This document shows, piece by piece, positions 1 through 12,984 of a stretch of 64,000 bases of DNA. The stretch is from assembly GCA_951406725.2 (NCBI GenBank), contig OX597817.1:113584001-113648000 (forward strand), given 5' to 3'. Both the position numbers and the translations under genes were made by a program. How positions within the stretch are numbered: position 1 is the stretch's first letter; every line of letters starts with the position of its first letter. The notes beneath the pieces are model-generated. The model worked only from the letters and a program-made list of their open reading frames with translations, did no database searches and had not been told where the DNA came from. The stretch is from Octopus vulgaris. Lineage: Eukaryota.

Positions 1-82
1 TCTCAATCATTTGCGAACCCAATTGTTATCCAATGAATGGCTGTTATTCATGTAACAGTTCAGTGGCTCATCTAGATTTTCC

Positions 83-255
83 AAGCACCCACTACACTCT
101 CAGAGTGGTTGGCATTAGGAAGGGCATCCAGCTGTAGAAACTCTGTCAGATCAAGATTGGAGCCTGGTGCAGCCATCTGGTTCGCCAGCCCTCAGTCAAA
201 ATCGTTCAACCCATGCTAGCATGGAAAGCGGATGTTAAACGATGATGATGATGAT
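83..255 (+). mobile_element. RTE-type LINE 3' tail / short derivative ending in (GAT)n
   Basis: Same sequence as the tail following the RTE ORF remnant at 7861-8793, including GGAAGGGCATCCAGCTGTAGAAAC, the CCATGCTAGCATGG palindrome and the (GAT)n end. Confidence 0.75.
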
Positions 256-449
256 AGCTTACAAATACAATCAAATTTTCTACCAATTTCACAGAATGTC
301 ACAGAAGTTCGAGTCACCATGATGTTCTCCACTTTCGCCATATTCAGAGTGTCTTGGGTTAAGTTGACGTACACTCTCCTAATAACTGTCTTCATAGCTG
401 CATATTCAACCTGGACTGAGCCAAGAGGAAGACTCCATGGAACTTGAAT

Positions 450-680
450 ATCATCATCATCAACATCATTATCATCATTTAATGTCCATTTTCCATGCTG
501 GCAGGGTTGGACAGTTTGTTTGAAAACTGGTAAGCTAGGGAGCTGCAACAGGTTCCAATCTGATTTGGCATGGTTTTTATGGCTAGATGCCTTTCCTAAC
601 TCCAACCATTCCAAGAGTGTCGTAGGTGCTATTTACATGCCACCAGCATAGGTGCCAGTTATGTAACACCAGCATCAGCA
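450..680 (-). mobile_element. RTE-type LINE 3' tail copy (diverged)
   Basis: Reverse complement of the same tail, with (CAT)n at the left end. Confidence 0.65.
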
Positions 681-1399
681 TCAAATATGTATTTGATATA
701 TAAAAATTAGCTAAAATTTTGAATTTCTAACAAAGACATCTGTATGTGTCATATTATGCTATTTCATCCAAGTATTTCCATTAATTGTATTGCATGAATA
801 CCTTTCCTAATAATGTAACAAATGAATTATGTTCTAACATAGAAAGAAACCTTCCATGTTACATAATTCTTAGGCTCACACAATATGAGAAAGCAATCAA
901 TCTCAAAAGGATGAAAGGCAAAGTTGACCTTGGCAAGATTTGAACTCAGTGCTCAAAGAACCAGAATGGATATTGCAAAGCATTCTACACTCTACTCTAA
1001 TGATTCTGCCAAGTTCACCTCTTCAGTCAATCAAATAATAGGAACTGAAAATATTGATATTTTTGTAGACTAGTATTTGATTGACTTTTTCCTTTTTGGC
1101 GGGGAGGGGCTATGTGCTGTATCTATTTTCTTTTCATTGGCAACCAATCTGGACTGGTTAACGTGGATGACGTATTCCTTTTGGAGGGAATCCTAGTAAT
1201 AGAACGATTTGGAGATGAGAGAGAAAGAAAACAGAAAATAGAAACAGATGAAAGAAGAAAATAGTATAGAATCGGGAAAACAATTGATGAGATGGGATTT
1301 AAGAGAGAGAGGGAAAGAGAGAGAGAGAGAGAGAGAGGTGAAACCAAAGATTGTGAGAAGTTATGAAAGATGAGGTATTGATAGATAAAGAGAGGGTAG

Positions 1400-1835
1400 C
1401 AGAGAGAGAACGTATATGAATTATTTAGCGAGGCAGTAAAATACGCCTACGTTTTTTCCGTGCTGAATGGCCGTGATTTGGAGAGCAAGGAACTGCTTGC
1501 TTCTTTCCATTTCTAGTTCTCAATTACTGTTGGAATTAGTGTGTCGCACGTCCAGAACACGTGAAAAGCACATCACGACTGACGGGCTGTACACAGACCT
1601 AGCTAAGAACCCCGTTTGTGAAGGGATAAATGTTGATCAGTTGTCGTTAAAGAGATAAAGCGAGAAAGAGACAGCAAGAAAAAAAGAGAGAGAGAGCGCG
1701 AGGGGCGAAAAAGTGTGTTTGAGAGAGGGAGAGGAAGGGAGAGGGAGGGAGAGTTTGCATATGAGTGAGGAAGGGAGGGAAAAAGAAAAGAAAACACGTA
1801 TCGAACATAAACGACGAAAGAAAGAAAGAGTAAGT
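1400..1835 (+). promoter_or_regulatory. Candidate promoter / non-coding first exon, possibly of the neurensin gene
   Basis: Non-repeat, locally CpG-retaining sequence and a purine-rich stretch ending in a consensus donor GTAAGT at 1830-1835. The coding exon at 40250 starts with an acceptor, so an upstream exon is required. The link is inferred. Confidence 0.35.
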
Positions 1836-1917
1836 TCAACATTCTTATTAATATTTCTATATATTTATTTATGTTTGCATATCTTTATTTTGCATGTATG
1901 CATATCTGTACAGTATA

Positions 1918-1971
<54 letters not shown>

Positions 1972-3321
1972 AGCGCGCGCGCACACGCATACACACAGAC
2001 ACATAGACACACGCGTAATGTATGTTTTGCATGCATAGGCTTTCTTGTCATCTTTTAACAAGTTTCTTTTACATTCATTTTATCAGTGTTAATATATAAT
2101 TAAACTGTTGATGTTGCGGGCATTGTTGTTATTACTGCTATTATCTTCATCGCTATTAATGTAGTTTTTTTTAATGTTTAGTTTTCTTATTATTAGTTAT
2201 TTCATGTTGATTTCATTGTCGATGCTGCCCGTTATTGGTACTCTCAGTATCACCACCACCACCACCATCATCACCACCACCACCATCATCATCATGATTA
2301 TCATCATCGCTGTCGTCGTCGTTCTTATCCTACAATAATTTGTGTCATCGATACGACTGGAAAAAAAAAGCTGATGATGATAACTGCTATAGTTTGACAA
2401 TGACGATTATGATGATAACGTGAGATTTGGGGTTGGCTAATGCTGAGCGTGTTTCTTAAACTTGCGAAATTGTTTCAATTTGTTGCTGTTGTTTTTCGTT
2501 GTGTATAGTAGATAGGAATGGACGGGGTACATATTATTCCATGTTAACTGTGGAGCCCCGTGTCACAAGATACAGAACATTTGAAGAGAAAATTCTCATA
2601 TTTTTATTTGTTTGTTCCAAGGTCAGCTTCGACTGAAGGCGTTCTAGGCATGGCCATTTCACTTTTTTTTTGTATGCTTGTATTTATAACAGTCGCGCCA
2701 CTGACCACGCAGTCAGTTTTTCGTTGAGTCGTATTGTCTTTCTTTTTATATTATTTAAAGGATAAACGTAAACAAGATTATAGTTAGGTAACAAGAGAAT
2801 TAGTTAATCAATCCCTTACGTAATTGATCTATCGATTTATTTATTATTTTCTCTCTCCCCCACTCTCTGTTATCTCTCTCGTCTCTCTTCTTCTCTCCTA
2901 GTCAATAACGCTTTCTTCTATCCTATTTAATTGCCTTCAAAGCTCGGAATCACAATCAACCTACGCACCTATTTAAGTCGAAATATCCGCCGATCTCACA
3001 CGTTCTAGTGCGAGAACGATCAACCAGATATTGGCACTTAACGCAAATGAATAGAATGACATTCAGTGATGCTGGGAACACCAGCTACTCAGCTTTTTGA
3101 TGTCAATTATTTATATTTATGCATAGATACATATACATACCAGATAATAAAGTACATATAATTCGTTTTATAAAATTCCGTAGGACTCGTAAACAACAGC
3201 AATGGTATGACGCGAAACCCCAAGTAGCAACAGTGTTGATAACTCAGTTTTAATAAAGAAGTTGCACTATGTGATAAACGTACTTTTCATCACTCATGAT
3301 AACGCAAAAGCATATTTTATT

Positions 3322-3434
3322 TATGTATGTATGTATGTATGTATGTATGTATGTATGTATGTATGTATGTATGTATGTATGTATGTATGTATGTATGTAT
3401 GTATGTATGAATGTATGTATGTATGTATGTATGT

Positions 3435-3489
<55 letters not shown>
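3322..3489. repeat. (TATG)n followed by (GA)n microsatellite
   Basis: Directly visible simple repeats. Confidence 0.95.
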
Positions 3490-3491
<2 letters not shown>

Positions 3492-3967
3492 CAAGACTGA
3501 AAAAGATTAATATAACTTGTTGAATGCAAAATCCCTTTTCTAAATGTCTTTTTATCTCAATCTTCATAAATCATTACTCCGAGTTTCTCGTCACATTCTA
3601 ATCGCGCGCGTGCAAGTGTATGCATGTATATATGTATGTGTGTATGCATGTATATATATATGTATATATGTGTGTATGCATCTGTATATACATGTGTGTA
3701 TGCATCTGTATATACATGTGTGTATGCATGTGTATATATGTGTATATATATATATATATATATGTATGTAAATGTATGTATGTATGCAAACATGCATGCA
3801 TATCTTTTATTTTTTTCACGTTTCAGTCATTTGATTGTGGCCATGCTGGAGCATCGCCTTGAATTTTTAGTTAAATGAATCGACCCCAGTACTTATATTT
3901 TTTAAAGCCGGGTTCTTATACTTATTCTATCGTTTTTTTTGCCGAACCGCTAAGTTACGGGGACGTA

Positions 3968-3989
3968 CATACATGCATACATACATACA

Positions 3990-4020
<31 letters not shown>

Positions 4021-4022
4021 GT

Positions 4023-4106
<84 letters not shown>
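3968..4106. repeat. (TACA)n/(TA)n microsatellite
   Basis: Directly visible. Confidence 0.95.
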
Positions 4107-4108
<2 letters not shown>

Positions 4109-4393
4109 CCATGGTCTGTCTGTCCCCCAAGTAATTATTACCTGAAGGATCATTTTTCAGAATATAAAGTTTGTTGTTATGGAAGTAAGAGAAATAACCT
4201 TCAAGCTCGCATACTCATCTAATTTATGTAGTAATAGTACGTATGACTTCATGTCAATGCGTGTTTGTGTGCGTGTGATCGCTTGAGTATGCGCATGGTT
4301 TGTATGGTCATCGAGTTGTGTTTAAGGAATATCTCATGTTTAACCATAAAAACGACAACAAATGTATTATATTTTATTATAGAAGAAGCGAAG

Positions 4394-4463
<70 letters not shown>

Positions 4464-4465
<2 letters not shown>

Positions 4466-4700
4466 CGTGTTGGGATTTGGTTTGCAAGATTCTTTATATG
4501 AGTTCGCGTGTTGAAGCATATTCTGTCGTGTCTGGGGAGAGTCATTTTTTTTTTGTGCCTTATAATGCAACACACTCACCGGTAAAATTTCCACTTATTT
4601 CTTATTTTTAAAAATAAGAAATAAGTGGAAATTTTACCGGTGAGTGTGTTACATTATAAGACACAAAAAGAAAATGACTCTGCCCAGACACAACAGTATA
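4464..4700. mobile_element. Fold-back (palindromic) interspersed repeat inserted in (TA)n, copy 1
   Basis: Inverted repeat 4519-4700 centred at 4609/4610 with no spacer; 4569-4650 is a perfect 82-bp palindrome; homologous to 24751-24988. Confidence 0.85.
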
Positions 4701-5789
4701 TATATATATAATTCCAGAATTTGTAATGAATGCAAAATAAACACGAACTTAAAATTCAAAAGGGTGGAAAGATAAAGAAAGAAGAAAGCTAAAAGAAGAG
4801 ACGTATTAAGTTGTTTTTTTAAGTCGTATTCCTATTAGACCGATGATTGAAAGCGCTCAAACCTTGATCACGTTTTTTTTTTAATTTTCTTATTATTCAA
4901 GGATCGTGTGCCCGAATCTGAATTATCCAATATACTCTTCTCTTTTCACACAAATCCACTGTTTTAAGATTGGATTTGAGGGGAATTTGGCTCCGAATTC
5001 AGATTCAATATACCTATGTATATATATACGTTTATTTATATACGTGTGTGTATATCTAGTGAGGCTCCAGTTCGGGGGTTCTGAATTTGTTAGGGATATG
5101 GATCACCCCTAAATTACCATTACTCCCAGGTCCGTTCTGACCTGGAACGGTAGTATCTATCAGGGTCCCATCTATGGGTTAAATACGTTTCCCAGGAGTA
5201 GAGGAGGCAACCGTTGTTTTTGACAAAGCCGTGGGAAAAGCAGATCTTCTGGGAGAAAGATAACGTGCAGTCAAAATAGTACCAGTCATCTTGCAATGCA
5301 TGTCACTGGAACCTACTATGGCAACCGAGAATAGCAAAAGTGTTGTACAGGCTTTTGTCACTTAAATTTAATGACGTACAGATGTCTCACCATCATTTCA
5401 TTTCTTGATCCGTTTTGTATTTTATGAAGTCCTACAGGCGAGGGATGCTTGATAAAAAAAATCTGCACAAATGCAAGGACGAAAGTAAATCAAAACAAGC
5501 AGGCTGAACATGAGACGGTTATCATGTGACAAGATTAGGCAATCGTCATAAATTTGTGTGTATGTATACATCACACTGTGATTGGAGCAGAGGGCTTCTC
5601 TGTATATCTGTATCTTGGCGCCCATACACACACACGTACCCACGCACACGCACGCACGCACACGTAGTTGCACAAGTATCAAGTTGTTGAACCAGGTCAT
5701 AAGCAGGTTAGCCCCAAAGAATGTTATCAAGTTTTGCGTTGTGAAGAAGTACTATTGATGCTATTTTTCTAGTGAAACCACTGCAGTAA

Positions 5790-6720
5790 GCAAGACGTTA
5801 GCTGCTGTACCTGGAGAAACCTGGTGAAAGCCTTCAACAGAGTCCCTTGTTCTGATCTGGTGGTTGCTGAGAAAATTAGGAGACAAATGGCTTGCAAGAC
5901 CCATATAAGACACTTACAGAAGTATGGTCAGCAAAATGAGAGCAATGAATATAGCAATAATTTCAATGTGCAGGTAAGGATCCACTAGGCCTATGTTGTC
6001 ATCCTCCTTTTATTAATGATACTCCTTCAGGTCATAACAGAGCAGTTCAAGGCCAGATCCACGTGGGAACTCTTATATGCTGATAACCATACTCTTACAG
6101 CTGAACCTATAATAAGATTAGTGAATAAATTCCAGGTATGGAAGCAAAATCTAGAATTGTAGTAGCTCAAAGTTAACTTAGCAAGACTAAAATATTTATA
6201 AGAAGATAGATGGGATTCTATTTCCATCAAGGAAATGGCCTTGCTTGACATGTGGGAAAGGTGTTAGCAGGAATTCCATATGATGCACTCAGTGATAATT
6301 ACAGATACACAAGTGGTGCAGTGGAATCACTGGAAGGTTAACTAACAATGTAGATTTTATATGTGGCAGATGTACCAGAGCAGTGAGCACCAAAACCACA
6401 TGTAAGTAATTAATGGCTTTTGTCATCTAGGTGACCAAATGAGCATGGAGAAGGATGTTCTGAAAGTATCCAGAGAAAGAACAGTCTAGAAGAAGTTCAG
6501 AGAGCTTTTACCTCAGCTGGTAACAAAAGTTTTCTCTCTCAGGATAAACAGTTGACTAAATGATGATATTTGCATACGAAATTTGATGCTATATGGTAGT
6601 GGGACATGGATACTGAATGCAGAGGACTAGAGAAAACTGGGAAGAAATGTACACTATATCTGATGCAAACAAGGCATAAGAGGAATCAGATGTAATATGC
6701 AAGAGATTAAACTGCATTCT
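5790..6720 (+). mobile_element. Decayed RTE-like LINE reverse transcriptase fragment
   Basis: Broken frames give DLEKAF(N)RVP-like (about 5810-5848) and WELLYAD (6064-6084) RT motifs, with many stops. Confidence 0.65.
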
Positions 6721-6807
6721 CCACTAACAGCCTCTACCAACAGCCACTATCAACAATAAAACCTGCTTCTCCCCTCATACTTTAGCTTTTTAGGAGCTTG
6801 CCTGAAT

Positions 6808-7170
6808 TATAATAATAATGAAATTATTGTATACAGTGCTCAGGTGCACCACAACTTGTCAAAAGTGCATATAAAGCATAATGTACAGTAATGTACAAAT
6901 GTCTGGAAAGTGAACAGTGTATGAGTCAGATACATGCTTGCGTGTGTATGGAGAGGAGAAAATCAGGTGTAGTGTTGGCGAATCTCAGGAAGCATGGAAG
7001 TTTTGAAGGATGCAGTGCTCCAACAACTAACAACTGATGCCGACAGTTTGTTCCTTACTTCAGCAACTCTTAGCGTGAAAAAATGTTTCCGAAAGTCATG
7101 GGAGCTGTGCTGTTTTCTGACTTTGTAAACATGTCCACGGGTGTTAGACAGGTGGAGTTTGAAAAAAATG
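6808..7170 (-). mobile_element. CR1-clade LINE 3' end fragment
   Basis: ORF 6963-7178 has TRGHVYKVRK...RKHFFTLRVAEVRNKL, matching the CR1 ORF2 C-terminal pattern TRGH..K..K...RK.FF..RV...WN.L; short (ATT)n tail near 6810. Confidence 0.75.
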
Positions 7171-7339
7171 GTCACCATGCTGACTCCAAATCTTCCTCTC
7201 TAACATAGAGATTCTACAGTCTTACAAGTTACAAGGCAACCTACCCAGTGCTGGTGCCACGTAAAAAGCACCCAGTACACTCTACAAAATACTTTACATT
7301 ATGAAGGGCATCTAACCATTGAAACAACTCCAAAAGTGA

Positions 7340-7550
7340 GATATTCTTTTCTACTCTAGGTGCAAGGCCTGAAATGTTGGGGGAGTGTGCCAGTCAATTA
7401 GATTGACCCCAGTACACAACTGGTACTTAATTTATCGACCCCAAAAGGATGAAAGGAAAAGTTGACCTTGGCAGAATTTGAACTCAGAATGTAAAGACAG
7501 ACGAAATACCACTAAGCGTTTTGTCTGGCATGCTAACATTTCTGCCAATA
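7340..7550 (-). mobile_element. tRNA-derived SINE family B (Meta-domain-like)
   Basis: Reverse complement of the family seen intact at 16265-16495 (GCCTTTCATCCTTTCGGGGTCGATAAATTAAGTACCAG-like core). Confidence 0.7.
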
Positions 7551-7816
7551 TACTAACCTGTTGGATCCTGCCAAGTTGTTTACCCCACGCCAGTATGGAA
7601 AGCAAACATAAAATAATAACAATGATGATATATGCCTTGATATAAAAAATTATACCTAGATATAAAAATTCATATATACATTATATATGAATATACATGC
7701 AACTGTGTGTGTATGTGTGTAGATATGTATGTGAGTATGTGTGTGTATGTGCTGTGTGAGTGTGTGTGTGTAGGTATGTATATAAGTATATATGTATGTG
7801 TGTATGTATATATAAA

Positions 7817-7860
<44 letters not shown>

Positions 7861-7861
<1 letters not shown>

Positions 7862-8790
7862 CGCGAGAAATGAAGCCAGTATGCTCCGATGGATGTGTAA
7901 TGTCAGTGTGCATGCTCGACAGAGCGTTAGTACCCTGAGAGAAATGTTGGACCTAAGGAGCATCAGTTGTGGTGTGCAAGAGAGACGATTGCGCTGGTAT
8001 GGTCATGTGGCGAGAATGGATGAAGATAGGTGTGTGTAAAAGTGTCAATCCCTAGCAGTGGAGGGAACCCGTGGAAGAGGTAGACCCAGGAAAACTTGGG
8101 ATGAGGTGGTGAAGCACAACCTTCGAACTTTAGGTCTCACTGAGGAAATGACCAGCGACCGAGACCTTTGGAAATATGCTGTGCGTGAAAAGACCAGGCA
8201 GGACAAGTGAGTCCAGCCCACTTATGCATGCCTTTCCTCCCTTGGACACACAAAGACCTGTTGAGGCAAGCGAAGTCGATATTGAACCTCATCCGACGAC
8301 AGGCACCTATGCCAACCCCCCTTTGCTTGCGAAGACCTGTTGGGGAAAGTGAAATCGGAATCGAAATTGAACCAATCCTATGACTGGCACCCGGCAGATG
8401 CCAGGACCCCTGGACTGGAGATACATAAAAAGCACTATCCGAATTGTGGCCGATGCCAGCGCCGCCTCAACTGGCTTCCGTGTTGGTGGCACGTAAAAAG
8501 CACCATCCGAATCGTGGCCGAAGCCAGTGCCGCCTCGACTGGCTTCCGTGCAGGTGGCACATAAAATGCACCAATCCGACCGTGGCCGATGCCAGCCTCA
8601 CCTGGCACCAGTGCAGGTGGCACGTAAAAAGCACCCACTACACTCACGGAGTGGTTGGCGTTAGGAAGGGCATCCAGCTGTAGAAACATTGCCAGATAAG
8701 ACCGGAGCCTGGTGCAGCCTTCTGGCTTCCCAGATCCCCAGTCGAACCATCCAACCCATGCTAGCATGGAGAACGGACGTTAAACGATGA

Positions 8791-8793
<3 letters not shown>
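7861..8793 (+). mobile_element. 5'-truncated RTE-clade LINE: ORF C-terminus plus 3' UTR with internal tandem repeats and (GAT)n tail
   Basis: RNEASMLRWMCNV...ERRLRWYGHVARMDEDRCV, then VEGTRGRGRPRKTWDEVV; flanked by (TA)n on both sides. Confidence 0.85.
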
Positions 8794-8836
<43 letters not shown>

Positions 8837-8903
8837 TTGAGTATATGTATGTGTGTGTATGTATATATGTATGTATGCATGTATGTATGAATGAATGAAT
8901 GAA

Positions 8904-11130
8904 CAGGAATCCCCTGTGTCACAGGAATAATTCATTCCTGAAAATCTTGTAATTTGAAATCTCATGACACAAAATAATTTTTTCCATTGACTTTCTCATT
9001 ATGAAGTGAGAATACTTTCCAGCTGAATATTTTGGAAATGACAAAAACTATAACAATTAAAAAAAAAATACAACACAACCACTTTTATGCATGAAAATAA
9101 CAATGTCTAAGCATCAATAGTAGAATATGTACATATAAAGACATTTGAAGAGAAGTATGTTAGGGAATAGATAAGAAATGTAATATCATAATAGGTTACA
9201 TTCTTAGCACAAAAGACATTGACTACTGTGTGAGGGATGGTGGTGGAATGTTAGTTACTTGGAGGATGAGGGATACTACTTTCTTGTTGTTCAACATCAT
9301 CGACCGGAACTTGAGGGATGAAGAACATCTAAAATTGTTTGCCGTGTATAGTGCATCCAACCCATGAAGCACGGATGTTAAATGATGATAATGAGTGTAG
9401 GAACTGAGCCCATCATAAACTCCTATTGTAATTTTTATGTTACATTCATTATTTTGGTTGTTAGCAGCAAAAATCTGCAGATCTTCCTTTATAAGTACTA
9501 ACCATTTAGTAATATTCTTTGCAATCGATTTAAGTGGTGTCAGGGGAATTTTTGTATTCTCATCTGTATTAACAGCTTGTTCTTGTTCTAACAGCTTCAG
9601 CTCCATGTTAGATAAACTTTCTCTATGGAACACTAGCAACTCAATCATATCATCTATATCATTTGCAAGTGTCACATCTTTTTGAATTTGTTGTAGGTAC
9701 TTTGTTTGTGGAAAACTTGTAAAGTCATGGACAGCGTCTGGTTACATGCTTTTCCAAGCACTATTCAAAAATGAGGGTTTCACTTTCATCACATGACTCA
9801 GCTATATTATCCACAGCATCCATTATGTTGAAATTCTTCCTGAAGGCTCTAACTGTAGGTTTATCCATCCTGTCAATTGCTTTTATAAGTTATTTGTAAG
9901 TTTTTCTCAGATAATATATTGAAATTAGCCATCACACCTTGATCCATGGGTTTGAGCAAAGAAGTTATACTCTTGAGGAGATATTTGACTCACATTTACC
10001 TTTATCAGGTGGTTTGGTGCATTGTCTAAAATGAGTGATGCTTTGTTGGAGATATTATGTCTGGTACTTTGCCTTGCTACAGCAGAACACAATGTTTGTA
10101 AACCACTCTTTGAAAAATGCTCTTCATCATCTATACCTTCTTATTTGAACACCAAATCAGATGCAAATTAAACTTTGTATAATTCTTAAAAGCCCTTAGA
10201 TTTTCAGAGTGATGCATGAGTAACAATTTCAATTTCATATCTCTAATGATGTTTCCTCCCAGAAGAAGCATCAGATGAGTTTTAGAAAGCTTCAAATCCT
10301 GTTAATATTTCTTCTTAAGAAATAAAAGTTTTAATAGGTAAGAGCATTTATGAAAGTGCAGTTTTATCAATATTGTATACTTGCTCTAGTGTGTAATCCC
10401 ACTTAGCAATCAGTTTTTCGCCTGCTCAGGATAATTAGTTTGTAACTGCCTCTGTATCCAGTACTGGCAGCTTCAGCAGTCACTTTAAACCCAACCTTTA
10501 CTAGCCAGTAAAGGATTTTCATTAGAAGTTTCATGTACCATTGTCTGTAAATCATCACACAAACTATTGGGGTTTTTTTATATATATAATTACCATCAAG
10601 CTTATCATTGCATTACTTTGAGTCTGATCCAAGATCCAAGATCCATACATTCAAGAGCAGTTCCATTATAAGCACCACATTAGGTCTATGAGACAATAAG
10701 ATCTGAATAATTAACAGAGTAACTTCTTGAGCAACTGCCTTAATTTTTATCTCTATTGCAAGATTTAATGCTTTTGTGATGTGGCTGGTTTTTATTCCCA
10801 TATTAAGCCTTTTGAACATCCAAGTTTAATAACCAGTGTGATCTCTTTGCGGTTCCCTTTTACACCACTGCTTTCAGTTGCTCTTGACTTGTTTTCAGAC
10901 ATCTTGGATGGTAGGTATATCCAATAGTAGTTATTCACAGCAAATATGTAGTAACAAAATAGCACAAGGAAGAATTCTTTGGCAAAAGCAAAAAATCTCT
11001 TGTCTTGTTCCTATGGCTGTAAGAATAGAAATGAAAAAAACAAACTTATGAAGGAGTGAGGTAAGAGGATGTACTGTATAATTAAAGCTAGTTGAAGGAT
11101 TACCAGGTTCGTGGGCACTTCGCCACTTGC
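8904..11130 (-). mobile_element. Decayed Tigger/pogo DNA transposon (CENP-B HTH + DDE_1 pseudogene about 9400-10902)
   Basis: Minus-strand fragments MSENKSRATESSGVKGNRKEITL, YNIDKT, LLLGGN, LILDNAP.H and TSLLKPMDQGVMA; many stops and frameshifts; outer limits approximate. Confidence 0.75.
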
Positions 11131-11389
11131 ACCTCTTACCCGAGTCATAAAAACTCTATATTCCACTCTCTCTTCCCCACTGTCTATCATGCACAAACAC
11201 ACACACACACACACACTGTTGTGTTGACATGCTGACATACAATATAAGTACCTACAGACACTGCTATCATGCTGATGCTATTATTGTTGTTGCTGGTTGA
11301 TTACTCAAAAGTTGGTGGGTTGGTAGTGGTGGTGATGGAGATGTTGTTGGTGTTTAGTCAATCCTCATTGGGCAATGACACATGGAACA

Positions 11390-11600
11390 TTGTATGTCCA
11401 CAACTGGATAGCTTTGTGAACTTGATTCTTGACAATAGGTGTATTTGGACTTTCAGCTTTTATAGTACTGCAACATTCGTCACCCTAACTTTCCATTTTA
11501 TTGTGCCTAAACTGTGAAAGATCCACATCTCAAAGGCATTTATCCTCTTTTCCATTATTCTGTACATTATCCAAACTTCTGCCCTATAGAGGACAATTAG
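11390..11600 (-). mobile_element. RTE-like LINE fragment
   Basis: IVLYRAEVW...RINAFEMWIFHSLGTIKWKVRVTNVAVL matches the RTE post-RT motif LYG.E.W...I.AFEMW..R....I.W...VTN..VL. Confidence 0.7.
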
Positions 11601-11809
11601 CATAATATAACAATGTATACATACAAATGTATTTACATATATACATGTATGTATGTATGTATGTATGTATGTATGTATGTATGTATGTATGTATGTATGT
11701 ATTGTCCTGTAGAGGACAATTAGCATAATATAACAGTATATACATACAGATGTATATACATATATACATGTATGTATGTTACAGTATGTTTGTTATATGT
11801 ATGTATGTA

Positions 11810-12142
11810 TCGTCATTATCATTATCATCATTGTTTAACGTCCGTTTTCCATGCTAGCATGGGTTGGACGGTTCGACCGGGGTCTGGGAATCCAGGAGGC
11901 TGCACCAGGCTCCAGTCTGATCTGGCAGTGTTTCTACAGCTGGATGTCCTTCCTAACGCCAACCACTCTGTGAGTGTAGTGGATGCTTTTTACATGCCAC
12001 CGGCACAGGGGCCAGAGGAAGCTGGAAAACAGCCATGATTGGTTGGTATTTTTACATGTCACCGACACGGACGCCAGTCAGGTGGTGCTGGCATCTGCCA
12101 CGTTCGGACGGTGCTTTTACCGTGCCACCGGCACGGGTATCT
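11810..12142 (-). mobile_element. RTE-type 3' tail copy
   Basis: (CAT)n followed by TTTAACGTCCGTTTTCCATGCTAGCATGGGTTGG. Confidence 0.8.
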
Positions 12143-12984
12143 TGTATGTATGTATGTATGTATGTATGTATGTATGTATGTATTAGTAATCAGCCTTATG
12201 GATGAGCTCAATCCATGTCAGCAATCCTAGAATAGCTATGGTCGTACATCATCAATGGTAGTCATGTCAAGGGCATATAATGTATGCATGTGAATATATT
12301 TCAGTTGCAGTGGATAGCTGAGCCTTGTTGGTTGGTACCACACATTTGCATTGCTCCTGTTTATTGTAAATTATTATAGACATTTATATCAGTGAACATG
12401 AAAGATTATTTTACTGTGTGTATGTATGTCTCTGTATGTGCTTGTGTGTGTGTGTGAGAGAGAGAGAGAGCATATGAGTGTTTGTGTGTTTATAAATGTT
12501 GATAAGATGTGTGTTTGGGGATTTGGATAATGTGTGTCATTCGATCTGCAATCAGTACCAATTGTGGCGTATGTCCTCTGAGATGCTCATTATATGTATA
12601 TATTGTGTGAGTGTATATGATTTATGATTGTAATGCGCTTTGGAGTGAATTTCAGGGTATATTTGGATACTGTATTGTATTAATGTGTATGTGTGATGAT
12701 TTATGTATGTTGATTAGGGGCTATGGGATTGTATTCTTGACTAATGAATATATCAATGTATGTGCTGTTAATGCATAAATGTGTGCATATGTGTGTTGGT
12801 ATGTGTGTGTTTTATAGGAGCTTTAGGATTGTCTTGTTGACTAGTATATATGTGTGTGTTTGTGTTTTCTTCCGTGACTTAAATGACAAGGAAGGAGGAA
12901 GTATGAAGAGTAGTTGGTATATAGGTGTGTGTATATGTGTGTACTTAGCACATGCTTTATGGTGTTTATATGCTTGTATTTATG

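Noticed and set aside
1452-1467. Minus-strand TTCAGCACGGAAA resembling an RE1/NRSE site
   Set aside because: Spacing and right half do not fit the 21-bp RE1 consensus, and REST is not established in molluscs
3250-4611. Many ORFs rich in YI/YVCM/HT/ER repeats here and throughout the window
   Set aside because: They are translations of microsatellites, with no splice or homology support
8430-8640. Regularly spaced direct repeats superficially like a CRISPR array
   Set aside because: Tandem units of the RTE LINE 3' UTR with non-unique spacers; eukaryotic context and no cas genes
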